From assembly GCA_963829925.1 (NCBI GenBank), contig CAWHKQ010000005.1, positions 24,164 through 88,163 of the forward strand: 64,000 nucleotides of DNA. Reading direction: 5' to 3'. The stretch comes from an uncultured Acidobacteriota bacterium. Lineage in GTDB: Bacteria > Acidobacteriota > Thermoanaerobaculia > UBA5066 > Gp7-AA6. Shown here piece after piece: positions 23,846-36,533 of this stretch (the first letter of the stretch is position 1; each line of letters begins with the position of its first letter). A program made the translations under genes and the position numbers. A model generated the notes under the pieces. The model worked only from the letters and a program-made list of their open reading frames with translations, was not told the DNA's origin and did no database searches.

Positions 23846-24000
23846 GCCGTCATCCTGAGCGAAGGGAAACAGCCGGCCACCGACGACAGACCCCCGGCGG
23901 TAGGCAACGCCGTGCGGAGCGGCGTTCATCCCGGACTCGACACACGGCAGTCTCGTACAAGTCTGGGATCCTTCGGGCCTGCGGCCCTCAGGATGACGGC
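23846..24000. repeat. REP/MITE-like element with 14-bp terminal inverted repeats
   Basis: GCCGTCATCCTGAG (23846-23859) ... CTCAGGATGACGGC (23987-24000); partial GCCGTCAT copies just upstream. Confidence 0.7.
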
Positions 24001-24032
24001 TACGCGCTCGTTACGAGCGCTGCGCCGTCACC

Positions 24033-24797
24033 TCAGGAGGGCTGCGGGCGGCCGATGGCGCCTGCAGCCACCTCTTCCAGGACCCGCTGCGATTTCAGCT
24101 CGTGGCCGAGGAAGTGGCGGCGGGCGCGGCGCGCCACGCTGGCGATCTCCGCGATTCCCTCCGGCCGGGAGGCGGGATCCAGCGGCCCCGACAGAAACGC
24201 GGCCAGAGTCTCGTGCGCTTCGGGCGTCAGCCGCAGCGTCTCGCCGCTTCGACACTCGGGTCCGACGAAGCCGGGCCGCCGCTCGTCGAAGAGGATCGGG
24301 CCTTCCGGCTCCAGCGCGCGGCCGCAGCCGGCGCACTCGCGGGGCGACGGGAAGAGGCCGGAGAGCTTCAGGATCCAGACGTCGAAGTAGGCCGCGGCCA
24401 GAGCCGCGGGAGCGTCGCGGAAGAGCGCGTCCATGGCGTGCCGCGCCAGCCGGTAGAAGGGCTCGGCCGGGTCCGACTCGGAGACGAACGTCTCCAGGCT
24501 CTCGGCGAACGCCGAGAGGAGCAGTCCCCGGTCGAGGTCCTTCGAGAGGGCGAAGGACGGCCGGATCGGGTCGACGGCGTTGAGGTTGACGAGCTCGCGC
24601 CCCTCCTTCTCGAAGTACACGACCCGGGCCTCGGTCATCGGCTCCAGGGCTCCCGAAAAAATGCTGCGCGAGCGTCGGGCCCCGCGGGCGACTCCCCGCT
24701 TCTTGCCGGCGTCGCGGGTCAGAAACGAGACGATGCGATCGGTCTCGCGCAGCGCGTAGGTGCCGAGGATGAAGGATTCCGAGGAGTGGAGGCGCAC
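24033..24797 (-). CDS. recO: DNA repair protein RecO
   Basis: ETDRIVSFLTRDAGKKRGVARGARRS, CAGC...C zinc motif, HELKS; upstream of glyQ. Confidence 0.92.
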   Translation of the reverse strand: MRLHSSESFILGTYALRETDRIVSFLTRDAGKKRGVARGARRSRSIFSGALEPMTEARVVYFEKEGRELVNLNAVDPIRPSFALSKDLDRGLLLSAFAESLETFVSESDPAEPFYRLARHAMDALFRDAPAALAAAYFDVWILKLSGLFPSPRECAGCGRALEPEGPILFDERRPGFVGPECRSGETLRLTPEAHETLAAFLSGPLDPASRPEGIAEIASVARRARRHFLGHELKSQRVLEEVAAGAIGRPQPS

Positions 24798-24878
24798 GCC
24801 GCGATTATGATGAGCGGCATCGGTTCCGGAAGCGTGCCTAATAAAATTAGCAAAAAGCGTATAAACGCCTAATAAATT

Positions 24879-26138
24879 ATGCCTACTCCGGGCGCCCCTG
24901 ACCCCGATCCTCCCCCGCCGGGAGAGGGAGGAGGCGAGAGCGCCTGAACCGCGGGGTCCTGACTCTCGGGTGGGTGTCGTTTCTGTCCGACGTGGCGTCG
25001 GACATGATCTTCCCGCTCCTGCCGGACTTTCTGACCCGCACGCTCAAAGCGGGTCCCGCGGCGCTCGGGTTGATCGAGGGAGTCGCCGAGGCGACGTCCT
25101 CCTTCACGAAGCTGCTGTCGGGGTGGTGGTCGGACAGGGTCGGGCGCCGCAAACCCCTGGTGATCGCCGGCTATTCGATCGCCGCCGTCGCGCGGCCGCT
25201 GGTCGGCCTGGCCACGAGCTGGGGACAGGTGCTGGCGATCCGGTTCACCGATCGTCTCGGCAAGGGGATCCGCACGTCTCCCCGCGACGCGCTCCTGGCC
25301 GACCTGGTGCCGCCCGAGAAACGCGGGCGCGCGTTCGGCCTCCAGCGCGCGATGGACAACGCCGGCGCCGTGGCCGGGCCGCTTCTGGCCGCGTTCCTGC
25401 TGAAGTTCGTGTTCGACGACGAGCGCTCCGTGTTCCTGCTCGCGGCCATCCCGGGCCTGCTCGCCGTGCTTCTGCTGATCTTCGCCGTCAAGGAGCCTTC
25501 GCGCCGGCGGCCTGTCGAGAGGGCCTCCGCCGCGCCCGTCGGCCATCTCCCGAGGCGTTTCTGGCGAGCGATCGCGATCTTCGTGCTCTTCACGCTCGCG
25601 AGCTCGACGGACGCGTTCCTGCTTCTCCGGGCGAGCGACGCGGGGATCCCGCTCTGGCAGCTCCCTCTGCTCTGGGCCGTCTTCCACGCCGTCAAGGCGG
25701 CCGCCGGGGTCCCCGGGGGCGTGCTCGCCGACCGCGTCGGGCGGATCCCGACGATCGTCGCGGGTGGACGGTCTACGCCGTCTCCTACCTCGGCTTCGCC
25801 TACGTTTCGGGACCGACGCCGCTCTGGTGGCTCTTCGGCTTCTACGCCCTCTTCTACGCGCTGACCGAAGGCGCGGAGAGGGCGCTCGTCGCCGACCTCG
25901 TTCCGGCGGAGCTGCGGGGCCGCGCCTTCGGCGCCTTTCACGCGAGCGTGGGCCTGGCCGCGCTGCCGGCCTCGGTCCTCTTCGGAGTGTGGTGGAAGCT
26001 CTTCGGTCCGCGCGTGGCTTTTCTGATCGGCGCGGCCATCGCGGTCGTCGCCGCGGCGGCGCTGCTCGTTTTCCGGAGCGGCACGCCGCGTCGCCGGCGG
26101 CCCCGGCGCCGGACCTCCCGGACGGGCGGAACTGATAG
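24879..26138 (+). CDS. MFS transporter (frameshifted)
   Basis: SFLSDVASDMIFPLLP, GWWSDRVGRRK, DRLGKGIRTSPRDALLAD, RAFGLQRAMD. Confidence 0.88.
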
Positions 26139-26150
26139 CATTCTGCCCTC

Positions 26151-26375
26151 ATGGGTCCGGTGTGGAGGCTGATCAAAGGGCAGAAGGACATGTGCCACCG
26201 CTGTGGCCGGGAGATCGTGGATTTTCCGGCCGTGGGGCGGGTCGTCGACTTCCGCTTCGAGCCCGAGGAGAAGTACTGCTGGGACTGCTACCGGTACCTC
26301 TCCCCTTTCCTCGACGACATCGCTCCCGAATCCTCTGACCCCTTCCAGTCGGTGTCCAAGCCCGCGATCCCGTGA
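26151..26375 (+). CDS. Small CxxC...CxxC putative zinc-binding protein
   Basis: CHRC and CWDC pairs; stop overlaps next GTG (GTGA). Confidence 0.6.
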   Translation: MGPVWRLIKGQKDMCHRCGREIVDFPAVGRVVDFRFEPEEKYCWDCYRYLSPFLDDIAPESSDPFQSVSKPAIP

Positions 26376-27518
26376 CGGACTTTCTCTCCAGTTTTCGCGG
26401 CTCCGAGCTCGCCCCTCTCGCCGAGAAGGTGATCGGGGGTCGAGCGGTTGTCCTTCGACGAGGGCGTGCAGTCTCTTCGCAGACCCGGGACTTCCTGGGC
26501 CTGGGCCGGCTGGCCAACCACGCGCGCGAAGCGCGGCATGGCAATCTCGCTTTCTACAACGTCAACCGGTACCTGAACCCGACCAACCTCTGCTGGGTGG
26601 ACTGCGCGCTCTGCGCCTGGGCGAAGAAGGTCAACGAGCCCGGCGGCTACGAGATGGCGATCGACGAGTGCGTCGCCGAGGCGGGCAAGGGCTACAGCGA
26701 GGCCGTGACCGAGTTCCACATCGTCGGCGGCCTCCACCCGACGTGGCCGTTCGAGTACTACACCGGGCTCCTGTCGGCCCTGAAGGCGAAGTTCCCGGGC
26801 GTGCACCTGAAGGCCTGGACCATGGTCGAGCTCGACTGGATCGCCCAGGTCGGGAAGATGCCGCTCGACCAGGCGATCCGCGAGCTCCATGCCGCCGGGA
26901 TGGACTCCTGCCCCGGCGGAGGCGCCGAGATCTTCGCCCGGCGCGTGCGAGACATCATCTGCACGAACAAGATCTCGGGCGAGCGGTGGCTGGAAGTCGC
27001 GCGCGAGTGTCACCGGCAGGGCGTCCGGACCAATGCGACGATGCTCTACGGCCACGTCGAGACCGTCGAAGAGCGCGTGGATCACCTGCTGCGGCTGCGG
27101 GAGCTCCAGGACGAGACCGCGGGGCATTCCTGGCCTGATCCCGCTGGCGTTTCACCCGGAGAACACGCCGCTCGCGCATCTGCCGGCCTCGACCGGCCAG
27201 CTCGACCTGCGGGTCATCGCCGTCTCCCGCCTCCTGCTCGACAACGTTCCGCACATCAAGGCCTACTGGATCCAGATCGGGACCAAGCTCGCGCAGGTGG
27301 CCCTCTTCTTCGGCGCCGACGATCTCGTGGGCACGGTGGTCGACGAGACGATCACGCACGCGGCAGGCGCCACGACGGCCTCGGGCCTGACGCGCACCGA
27401 CTTCGAGCGGATCATCCGGGAATCCGGCCGCGAGCCCTTCGAGCGGGACTCCGAGTACCGGCGGGTCGTGCGGCAGGGGCCGCGCGCCGAGCCGGTGCCC
27501 GCGCTGGCCGGGTGCTGA
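26372..27518 (+). CDS. mqnE: Radical SAM aminofutalosine synthase (MqnE/CofH family, frameshifted)
   Basis: NPTNLCWVDCALC, EFHIVGGLHP, PGGGAEIF, TMLYGHVE, HIKAYW...GADD. Confidence 0.8.
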
Positions 27519-28466
27519 GAAACGGCCGCCTGAGCCGGGGAACCGCTACCGCGCTGCTGGCCGCGGCCCTCCCGGCCGCGGCATGTCTGCACCGGGACTA
27601 CCAGACTCTTCCCCGCGTGGCGGTCACCGACGGCGACCCGATCGTGCAGATGGCCGCGCCGGGGAAGTTTCCCTCCCTCGTCGAACCCCCGCTCCGTCCC
27701 GTTCCGGCGGCACAGCGATCCGCCGTTTCGGAAGGAAAAAGTGATCGGGCTGGCCCTCGGAACGGCCCCGCGCATGTACCCGATCGGACTGCTCGACACG
27801 TACGAGGTCATCAACGACGAGGCGGACGGAATGCCCTTCGTCGTGGCCCGCTGCGCCCTGACGGACCTGACGGCGATCTTCGACCGCCGGGTGGCCGGTC
27901 GTGTCCTGACCTTCGAGAACTCCGGCGCTCTCTGGCGCGACATGTTGGTCCTGAAGGACCGCGAGACGGGAACGTGGTGGACGCCGGCGACCGGCCGGGC
28001 CCTCTTCGGGCCTCTCGCGGGAGAGCGCCTCACGGGAATCCCGGGCCCGCATGACGACCGCCGAAACCTGGGAGGAGCTCTATCCGGAAACGGTCTGCCC
28101 CGAGACGGGCGACATGACCGCCGTGCCGCTGCCGCCTGAGGGCGTACGCGGCATCGCCGTGGGAGGGAGTCTCCGGAATGAAGACGGATGACCGGCGCCA
28201 CAAACCCAAAGAAAAGGTCTTCTTCGTCGCTGTCGAGGGAGAGGCTCTGGCCTTCCCCGCTGCGGAGATCCGCGAGAAAAGAAAGCTCGAGACGACGCTC
28301 GGCGGCTCGGCCGTCACGGTCGAATGGGACGCGGCCCTGCGGGCTCCCCGCGGCTACCGTCAGGTGGTGGCGGCCCGGCAGGAGATTCCCGTTCTGCCGA
28401 TCTACTGGTTTGCCGTTCTGCGCCACTTTCCGAACGGCGTCCGCTCGGGGTTCCCGGCGAGAGTAA
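27512..28466 (+). CDS. DUF3179-domain protein, likely lipoprotein (frameshifted; ends approximate)
   Basis: YPIGLLDTYEVINDE, LTFENSGAL...KDRETGTWW, YWFA motifs. Confidence 0.7.
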
Positions 28467-28490
28467 GCGCTTGGCAGATCATCGACGCCT

Positions 28491-28581
28491 GTCATCCCGA
28501 GCGGAGCGAGGGATCCAGGACTCGACACGCGAGCAAGGCAATCGAGCACGGGATCCCTGTCGCTTCGCTCCTCGGGATGAC
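28491..28581. repeat. REP-like long palindrome between convergent genes
   Basis: GTCATCCCGAG-CGGAGCGAGGGATCC ... GGATCCCTGTCGCTTCGCTC-CTCGGGATGAC. Confidence 0.75.
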
Positions 28582-28664
28582 GGCTAGATCGCGGCAACCG
28601 GCAGAAACGGTCCGTGTGGACGCAGATACGACGTGGGCCCTGCCGAACGCTCTTCAGCAACCCG

Positions 28665-29564
28665 CTAGTCGTCGCCCTGGACGGCCGTGATCTCTTCGTC
28701 GGTCCCGACCGAGAATTTCTTGTAGTCGCTGTACTGCGACGAGAGCTTGACGCGGGCGCCGAAAAACAGCAGCATCTTCGCCGCTCCGGTGAAGCTGGCC
28801 TCGGCCGGCAGCCAGATCTCCCCGTTGACCTTCCGGCGCTGGAAATAGCCGCTCGAGCCGCTCTGGAGCCGGGCCACCCGCGCGGGACCCACGCCCATGT
28901 TGTCGAGAAGCCGCGTTTCCAGGCGGACGAGCTGCCGGTCGGCCTCGTCGATCCAGGCGCGGCCCTGGATCTTCTGGATCACCTTGGCCCCCTGGGTGAC
29001 CGGGCGATAGTCCGGCTTCGGCGTGAAGTCCACGATCACCGTCGGGCGGCCATCGATCGTCTCGCGCCCGAGGATCACGATCTCGTCCATCAGAAAGACC
29101 TCGTCCACGACGCGCTGTTCCCTGACACGCCGCTCCTCTTCCCGGGCCAGCCGCTTCTGGCGGGCGGCCGCGTCCTCGGAGGATCTCCGCCTCTCGCGCT
29201 TCTCGGTCCGTTCCTCCTGCTTGCGGTCCTGCTCGGCCAGCTCCCCTTCGGAAAGCCTGTTCCCGTCGCGGGCGACCAGGCGGCGGTAGAGTTTGCCCGG
29301 CTCGTAGGAGGGATAGACCTCGTAGGTCTCTCGCCTGGATTTCTTGACGCGGCCCTTCGAGTCGAGGCGTGTCTCGATGAACTCCTCGGTGAACGTGTAC
29401 TGGTCCAGGAGGCTCTCGTCGCTGCGGATGTTCTGCCGGACCTCTTCCAGAAACGCGCGGGTCTCGGGAAGCGGCGGGTCGGGCTCCTGCCCGAGCAGGA
29501 AGCCCGACAGACAGAGCCCCGCGACGGCCACGCGCAGGCGTAGTCCCCTCATCTTTTTCTTCAA
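28665..29564 (-). CDS. Secreted hypothetical protein (beta-rich)
   Basis: Signal peptide; clean ORF; QYTFTEEFIE...GRAWIDEADRQLVRLE...YSDYKKF. Confidence 0.75.
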   Translation of the reverse strand: MKKKMRGLRLRVAVAGLCLSGFLLGQEPDPPLPETRAFLEEVRQNIRSDESLLDQYTFTEEFIETRLDSKGRVKKSRRETYEVYPSYEPGKLYRRLVARDGNRLSEGELAEQDRKQEERTEKRERRRSSEDAAARQKRLAREEERRVREQRVVDEVFLMDEIVILGRETIDGRPTVIVDFTPKPDYRPVTQGAKVIQKIQGRAWIDEADRQLVRLETRLLDNMGVGPARVARLQSGSSGYFQRRKVNGEIWLPAEASFTGAAKMLLFFGARVKLSSQYSDYKKFSVGTDEEITAVQGDD

Positions 29565-29635
29565 CGCGGCGCCCTGTCGCCCGAATTCCCGACCGGATTC
29601 GGGAGCCCGGCGGCGCCTGCATATAATCGCCGGCA

Positions 29636-30331
29636 GTGGCCGCCGTTGCACCGCGAGAAGAAACCCGGACGCTCCCGGCCCCCGGCTTCCTCCGTTCCTC
29701 GATCGGCCGGAAGGTCATCATGGCCGTCACCGGGGCGGTGCTTTTCGGGTTCGTGGTCGCCCACCTGATCGGCAACCTCCAGGTCTACCTGGGCCCGGAG
29801 GCCATGAACGACTACGGGGTTTTCCTCCGCGAGATCTTTCACGGGGCCGGGCTCTGGATCCTCCGGATCGCCCTCCTGGCCGCGGCCGTCCTCCACGTCT
29901 GGGCGGCCACGTCCCTGACCCTGGAGAGCCGGAAGGCCCGGGACATCGGCTACCGCGAGCAGAAGTGGCGCGAATCCACCTACGCCTCCCGAACGATGCG
30001 GTGGAGCGGCGTGATCGTCCTGGTCTTCGTGGTGTACCACCTCATGCACTTCACCTTCGGCAACGCGCATCCGAGCTTCATCGAGGGCGACGTCTACCAT
30101 AACTTCGTGGCAGGGTTCCGCAGCGTTCCGGTGTCCCTTTTCTACATCTTCGCCATGATCCTGCTGGGGCTTCACATCCGGCACGGGTTCTGGAGCATGT
30201 TCCAGACCCTCGGCGTCTCGCACCCGCGCTACATGCGGATGGCCCACACGGCCGCATGGATCTTCGCGGCCCTGATCGTGCTCGGCAACATCTCCTTTCC
30301 CCTGGCGGTGCTCGCCGGGTACGTGAAGTAG
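29636..30331 (+). CDS. sdhC: Succinate dehydrogenase cytochrome b subunit (single anchor)
   Basis: [19 protein letters not shown], His-bearing helices, [11 protein letters not shown]. Confidence 0.92.
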   Translation: MAAVAPREETRTLPAPGFLRSSIGRKVIMAVTGAVLFGFVVAHLIGNLQVYLGPEAMNDYGVFLREIFHGAGLWILRIALLAAAVLHVWAATSLTLESRKARDIGYREQKWRESTYASRTMRWSGVIVLVFVVYHLMHFTFGNAHPSFIEGDVYHNFVAGFRSVPVSLFYIFAMILLGLHIRHGFWSMFQTLGVSHPRYMRMAHTAAWIFAALIVLGNISFPLAVLAGYVK

Positions 30332-30342
30332 CCGGAGGCCGC

Positions 30343-32257
<1,915 letters not shown>

Positions 32258-32261
<4 letters not shown>

Positions 32262-33041
32262 AGGTCACGCTGAAAGTCTGGCGGCAGAAGGACGCGGCGG
32301 CCCGGGGCGGCTTCGTCACCTACGAGGCGTCCGAGGTCAACCCCGAGATGTCGTTCTTCGAGATGCTCGACGTCGTCAACGAGGGGCTCGCTCTCAAGGG
32401 CGAGGATCCGATCGCCTTCGACCACGACTGCCGCGAGGGCATCTGCGGCACCTGCGGCGTCGTCATCAACGGCCGGCCCCACGGCCCGCGCGAGCGGACG
32501 ACCGCGTGCCAGCTCCACATGCGGAGCTTCTCCGACGGCGACGTCCTCACGATCGAGCCCTGGCGCGCCGACGCGTTTCCGGTGGTGCAGGGACCTCGTC
32601 GTGGACCGCGCGGCGTTCGACCGGATCATGGCCGCGGGCGGTTTCGTCTCGGCGACGATCGGGGGCGCCCAGGACGGAAACACGATCCCGATCCCGAAGG
32701 AGGACTCCGACCTCGCCATGGACGCCGCCGCCTGCATCGGCTGCGGGGCGTGCGTGGCCGCCTGCCCGAACGCCTCCGCGATGCTGTTCACGGCGGCCAA
32801 GATCTCCCACCTCGGCCTTCTGCCGCAGGGCCAGCCCGAGCGTTCGACGCGCGTCCGCAGGATGGTTGCGCAGATGGACGCCGAGGGCTTCGGCACCTGC
32901 ACCAACCACGGCGAGTGCGAGGCGGCCTGCCCCAAGGCCATCCGCGTCGAGTTCATCGCCCGGATGAACGCCGACTACCTCAAGGCGAAGTGGACGGCCG
33001 GGCGGCGCAAGTCGGGGCTCTCGGAAGGAGGCGCCGGGTGA
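32258..33041 (+). CDS. sdhB: Succinate dehydrogenase iron-sulfur subunit (frameshifted)
   Basis: [33 protein letters not shown]. Confidence 0.94.
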
Positions 33042-33054
33042 GACCGCCCCGCAC

Positions 33055-34474
33055 ATGACCGAGAACAAGACAGCGACCCGCACCGAGTCCGACACCATGG
33101 GGCCGATCGAGGTGCCGGCCGACCGCTACTGGGGCGCGCAGACGCAGCGCTCGCTCCACCATTTCGCGATCGGCGGAGAGCGCGAGCGGTTCCCCCGCGA
33201 GCTGATCCGCGCCTTCGGGGTCCTCAAGAAGGCCGCCGCCATCGTCAACCGCGACCTCGGCGCGCTGCCGGCGGACAAGGCGCCCGGCGATCGTGCAGGC
33301 GGCCGACGAGGTCATCGAGGGAAAGCTCGACGACCACTTCCCGCTGGTCGGTCTGGCAGACGGGCAGCGGCACCCAGACCAACATGAACGCCAACGAGGT
33401 CATCGCCAACCGCGCGATCGAGCTCCTCGGCGGCGCGCTGGGCTCGAAGAAGCCGATCCACCCCAACGACGACGTCAACCGGAGCCAGTCTTCCAACGAC
33501 ACGTTCCCGACCGCGATGCACATCGCGGCGGTCGAGCAGATCCGACGACCGCCTGATCCCGGCCGTGCAGCGGCTGCGCGACACGCTCGACGGGAAGGCC
33601 GAGGCGTTCGCGGACATCGTCAAGATCGGGCGCACGCACCTCCAGGACGCGGTCCCGCATGACGCTCGGCCAGGAGATCTCGGGCTGGGTCGCCCAGCTC
33701 GACCACGGCCTCCGCCACATCGAGGACGCGCTGCCGCATCTCGAGGAGCTGGCGCTCGGCGGCACGGCGGTCGGCACCGGGCTGAACGCGCCCGCGGACT
33801 TCGGCGAGCGCGTCGCCAAAGAGATCGCGAGCCTGACCGGGCGGCCGTTCGTCACGGCGCCGAACAAGTTCGAGGCGCTGGCGGCCCACGACGCGCTCGT
33901 CAACGCGCACGGCGCCTCCGCACGCTGGCCGCGGCGCTGATGAAGATCGCCAACGACGTCCGCTGGCTCGCCTCCGGCCCGCGCTCCGGCCTCGGCGAGA
34001 TCCGCATCCCCGAGAACGAGCCCGGCTCCTCGATCATGCCGGGCAAGGTCAACCCGACCCAGTCCGAGGCGATGACCATGGTCTGCGCCCAGGTCTTCGG
34101 CAACGACGTCGCGGTCGACCTCGGCGGCGCGTCGGGCAACTTCGAGCTCAACGTCTTCAAGCCGCTCATCATCCACAACGTGCTGCAGCTCGATCCGCCT
34201 GCTGGCCGACGCGTGCGACTCCTTCGAGGAGCACTGCGCGCGGGGCATCGAGCCCGAGCACGCCAGCGCATCCGCGAGCACGTCGAGCCGCTCGCTGATG
34301 CTCGTGACGGCCCTGGCGCCGCGCATCGGCTACGACAAGGCCGCCGAGATCGCCAAGAAGGCGCACAAGGACGGCACGACGCTGCGCGAGGCGGCGCTGG
34401 CCCTCGGCTACCTGACGGCGGAGGAGTTCGACCGGGACGTCCGGCCGGAGAAGATGGTGGGCCCGGAGGATTGA
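33055..34474 (+). CDS. fumC: Class II fumarate hydratase (frameshifted)
   Basis: [48 protein letters not shown]. Confidence 0.94.
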
Positions 34475-34506
34475 CCGTCGGAGTGCGGAGCGGGTCGAGT
34501 CCGTAA

Positions 34507-34956
34507 TCAGGGCTCGCTCTTCCGGATGAACTCCTTCCAGTCGAGCGGCGACTCGTACTGGTACTCGCGCCAGCTGGCAATCTTTCCGCCGCGGATGCGG
34601 ACGACGACGATGCCGTGGTAGCGCCGGTTCATCTGGAAGGTGTATTCCCCGAAGCCGACCTGGGACTCTTCGTCGAAGGCGAGGTGGTGCCAGCTCATGC
34701 GCATCGGCGGCTCGGGCTTCGCGGCTCCGCCGAAAAACTCGTAGAGAGCCGCTCTCCCCGAGTAGAACTGGCGGTCCGGCGGCTCGAGATAGAGCGCGTC
34801 CTCGGTGAAGCAGTCCGCCGCTTTACGCGCATCTCCCTCGTTCCATCCGGCCGCGACCGTTTCCATCAAGGACCGGAACGTGGAGGTCGAGGCCTCGTCC
34901 GGCGCGGCGCAGGCGACCGAAGCAGCCAGGAGCAGGGCGACAGCAAGTGCGCGCAC
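34507..34956 (-). CDS. Secreted SnoaL/NTF2-like protein
   Basis: Signal peptide; WNEGDARKAADCFTEDALY...GKIASWREY. Confidence 0.8.
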   Translation of the reverse strand: MRALAVALLLAASVACAAPDEASTSTFRSLMETVAAGWNEGDARKAADCFTEDALYLEPPDRQFYSGRAALYEFFGGAAKPEPPMRMSWHHLAFDEESQVGFGEYTFQMNRRYHGIVVVRIRGGKIASWREYQYESPLDWKEFIRKSEP

Positions 34957-34957
34957 C

Positions 34958-35716
34958 CTAGGGCTTTCCGTACTTCCGGTTTGCTTCGACAGCCGCTTCC
35001 TGCAGGACCTTCGTTTCGGCGTCGGTGAGATCGAGCGCGGTGCCTGCATCTTCCTTGACCGAGAGTTTGCCCGGCAATCCCACGGGCGACTGCCCGTACA
35101 GCCGCTCGTACATCACGAGCGCCGCCAGATAGGAGCCGCCGGTGTCGGGTGGAGGTCCGTCCGGCGAATAGAGAGCCAGCTTCGCGTCCCGTTTTCCGGC
35201 CAGCCGCCAGGCTTCGCCCACCGGAAACAGCAGGCCGTCCACCTGCCGGGCCGCGAGCCGGTAGGACTGGCTGACGTCGTCGAAATCCGAGGTCCGGCTC
35301 GAGGACGGCCAGACCATGTAGATGGCCGGCCGTCCTCCGGCGGCGCGGATCGCGCGGGCGAACCGGTCGGCGTATCCGAGCAGCATCGCGCGTCCCTCCG
35401 GCGAAGCCGACGGCCCCTGCTGCAGGACGACGAAGTCCCACTTCTCCCGGGTGATCGCGCGGCGGGCTTCGCCGGCCCTCCACTGGTCCTCGAGACTCGC
35501 GCCGGGAACGAGGACTCCCTTCCACGAGAGCGCGGGTTGGCCGCCGGCCTTCGCCAGGGCCTCGAGCATCGCGGGCAGGTCGTTGAAGTACGTGAGGCTG
35601 TTTCCGATGAAGAGGACCCGGAGCGAACGGGCGGGCGGATCCACAGCCGAGGCCGGTGCCGGGAGCCCGAGCCCCGCCGCCAGGAGCAGCGCGGCAGCGG
35701 CTTTCAACGGACGCAC
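34958..35716 (-). CDS. SGNH/GDSL-like hydrolase, secreted
   Basis: RVLFIGNSLT block I, WDFVVLQ, LYSPDG (the expected His may be affected by an indel). Confidence 0.8.
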   Translation of the reverse strand: MRPLKAAAALLLAAGLGLPAPASAVDPPARSLRVLFIGNSLTYFNDLPAMLEALAKAGGQPALSWKGVLVPGASLEDQWRAGEARRAITREKWDFVVLQQGPSASPEGRAMLLGYADRFARAIRAAGGRPAIYMVWPSSSRTSDFDDVSQSYRLAARQVDGLLFPVGEAWRLAGKRDAKLALYSPDGPPPDTGGSYLAALVMYERLYGQSPVGLPGKLSVKEDAGTALDLTDAETKVLQEAAVEANRKYGKP

Positions 35717-35717
35717 G

Positions 35718-36533
35718 TCAGTCTCCTCCACCGAATCGGATCCAGAAGCCGGGCAGGGGCTCAACGGCCCCGCGGCGTTCCGCGGAGATCTCCGCATCCG
35801 CCCCGAACGCGACGCCGAGCAGGCGCGGCCCGGGGGCCGGCCCCCGAAACGGCACGACGACGAGCGACCCCCGGCCCAGGGCCCAGCGCGTTCCGCCCCT
35901 CCCGTCGGGCAGCCGCGCCGGCCCGCAGGCGCGGGCTCCGACCTCCCGGAGGAGAGCTTCCAGGCTGGGGCCGCCTTCGATCCACGCTTCCTCCAGAGTC
36001 GTTGCGGGATTGCCGTGCTGGAAAATCGAATCGGGATCGGCCGGCGCCGTCCAGCCCGATCCGAAGAACACGGCGGAGGCATCCGACGGCGGCGGGAAGC
36101 TCAGGAATCGCCAGGGACCGGAGCCGCTGCGTCTGGCGGGAAGCCCGAGCCGCTCCGCCGCCTCTTCGATCGGCCGGAGGTCCGGCACTTTCAACGCGGC
36201 AAAGACGCCGCCCTCCCCTTCGCGGAGAAGCCGCCGGTAGTTCCGGGCCATGGAGTCGCTCGCTTCGCCCCGAACGGTCATCAGCTCGAGCTCGGTGCCG
36301 TCCCGGAACTTGATGTGCCGGTTGAGAAGGCCGTTCGAATGCAGCCGCCCCTCCTTGAACCGAAACCCGAGCCGGGAGAACGGCTCGGAGGCGGCATCCA
36401 GGTCGTGCACGACGAGGATCGCGTGGTCCAACCGCGGTGTGTCCGGAGCGGCGCCGCAGGGCGCCGGCGCTGCCCGGAGGAAGGGCCCTCCGAAAAAAAG
36501 CAACGTGAGGACGACGGGCCTGGCGCTCCTCAG
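35718..36533 (-). CDS. VOC/glyoxalase-like protein (start approximate)
   Basis: LDHAILVVHDLDAA...LGF...G.H.NG..N..IKF.DGTELEL. Confidence 0.7.
   Translation of the reverse strand: MRSARPVVLTLLFFGGPFLRAAPAPCGAAPDTPRLDHAILVVHDLDAASEPFSRLGFRFKEGRLHSNGLLNRHIKFRDGTELELMTVRGEASDSMARNYRRLLREGEGGVFAALKVPDLRPIEEAAERLGLPARRSGSGPWRFLSFPPPSDASAVFFGSGWTAPADPDSIFQHGNPATTLEEAWIEGGPSLEALLREVGARACGPARLPDGRGGTRWALGRGSLVVVPFRGPAPGPRLLGVAFGADAEISAERRGAVEPLPGFWIRFGGGD

Noticed and set aside
27512-28466. Possible selenoprotein (the DUF3179 family includes Sec-containing members)
   Set aside because: The relevant position reads CALT with an ordinary Cys codon; the breaks look like indels, not in-frame TGA
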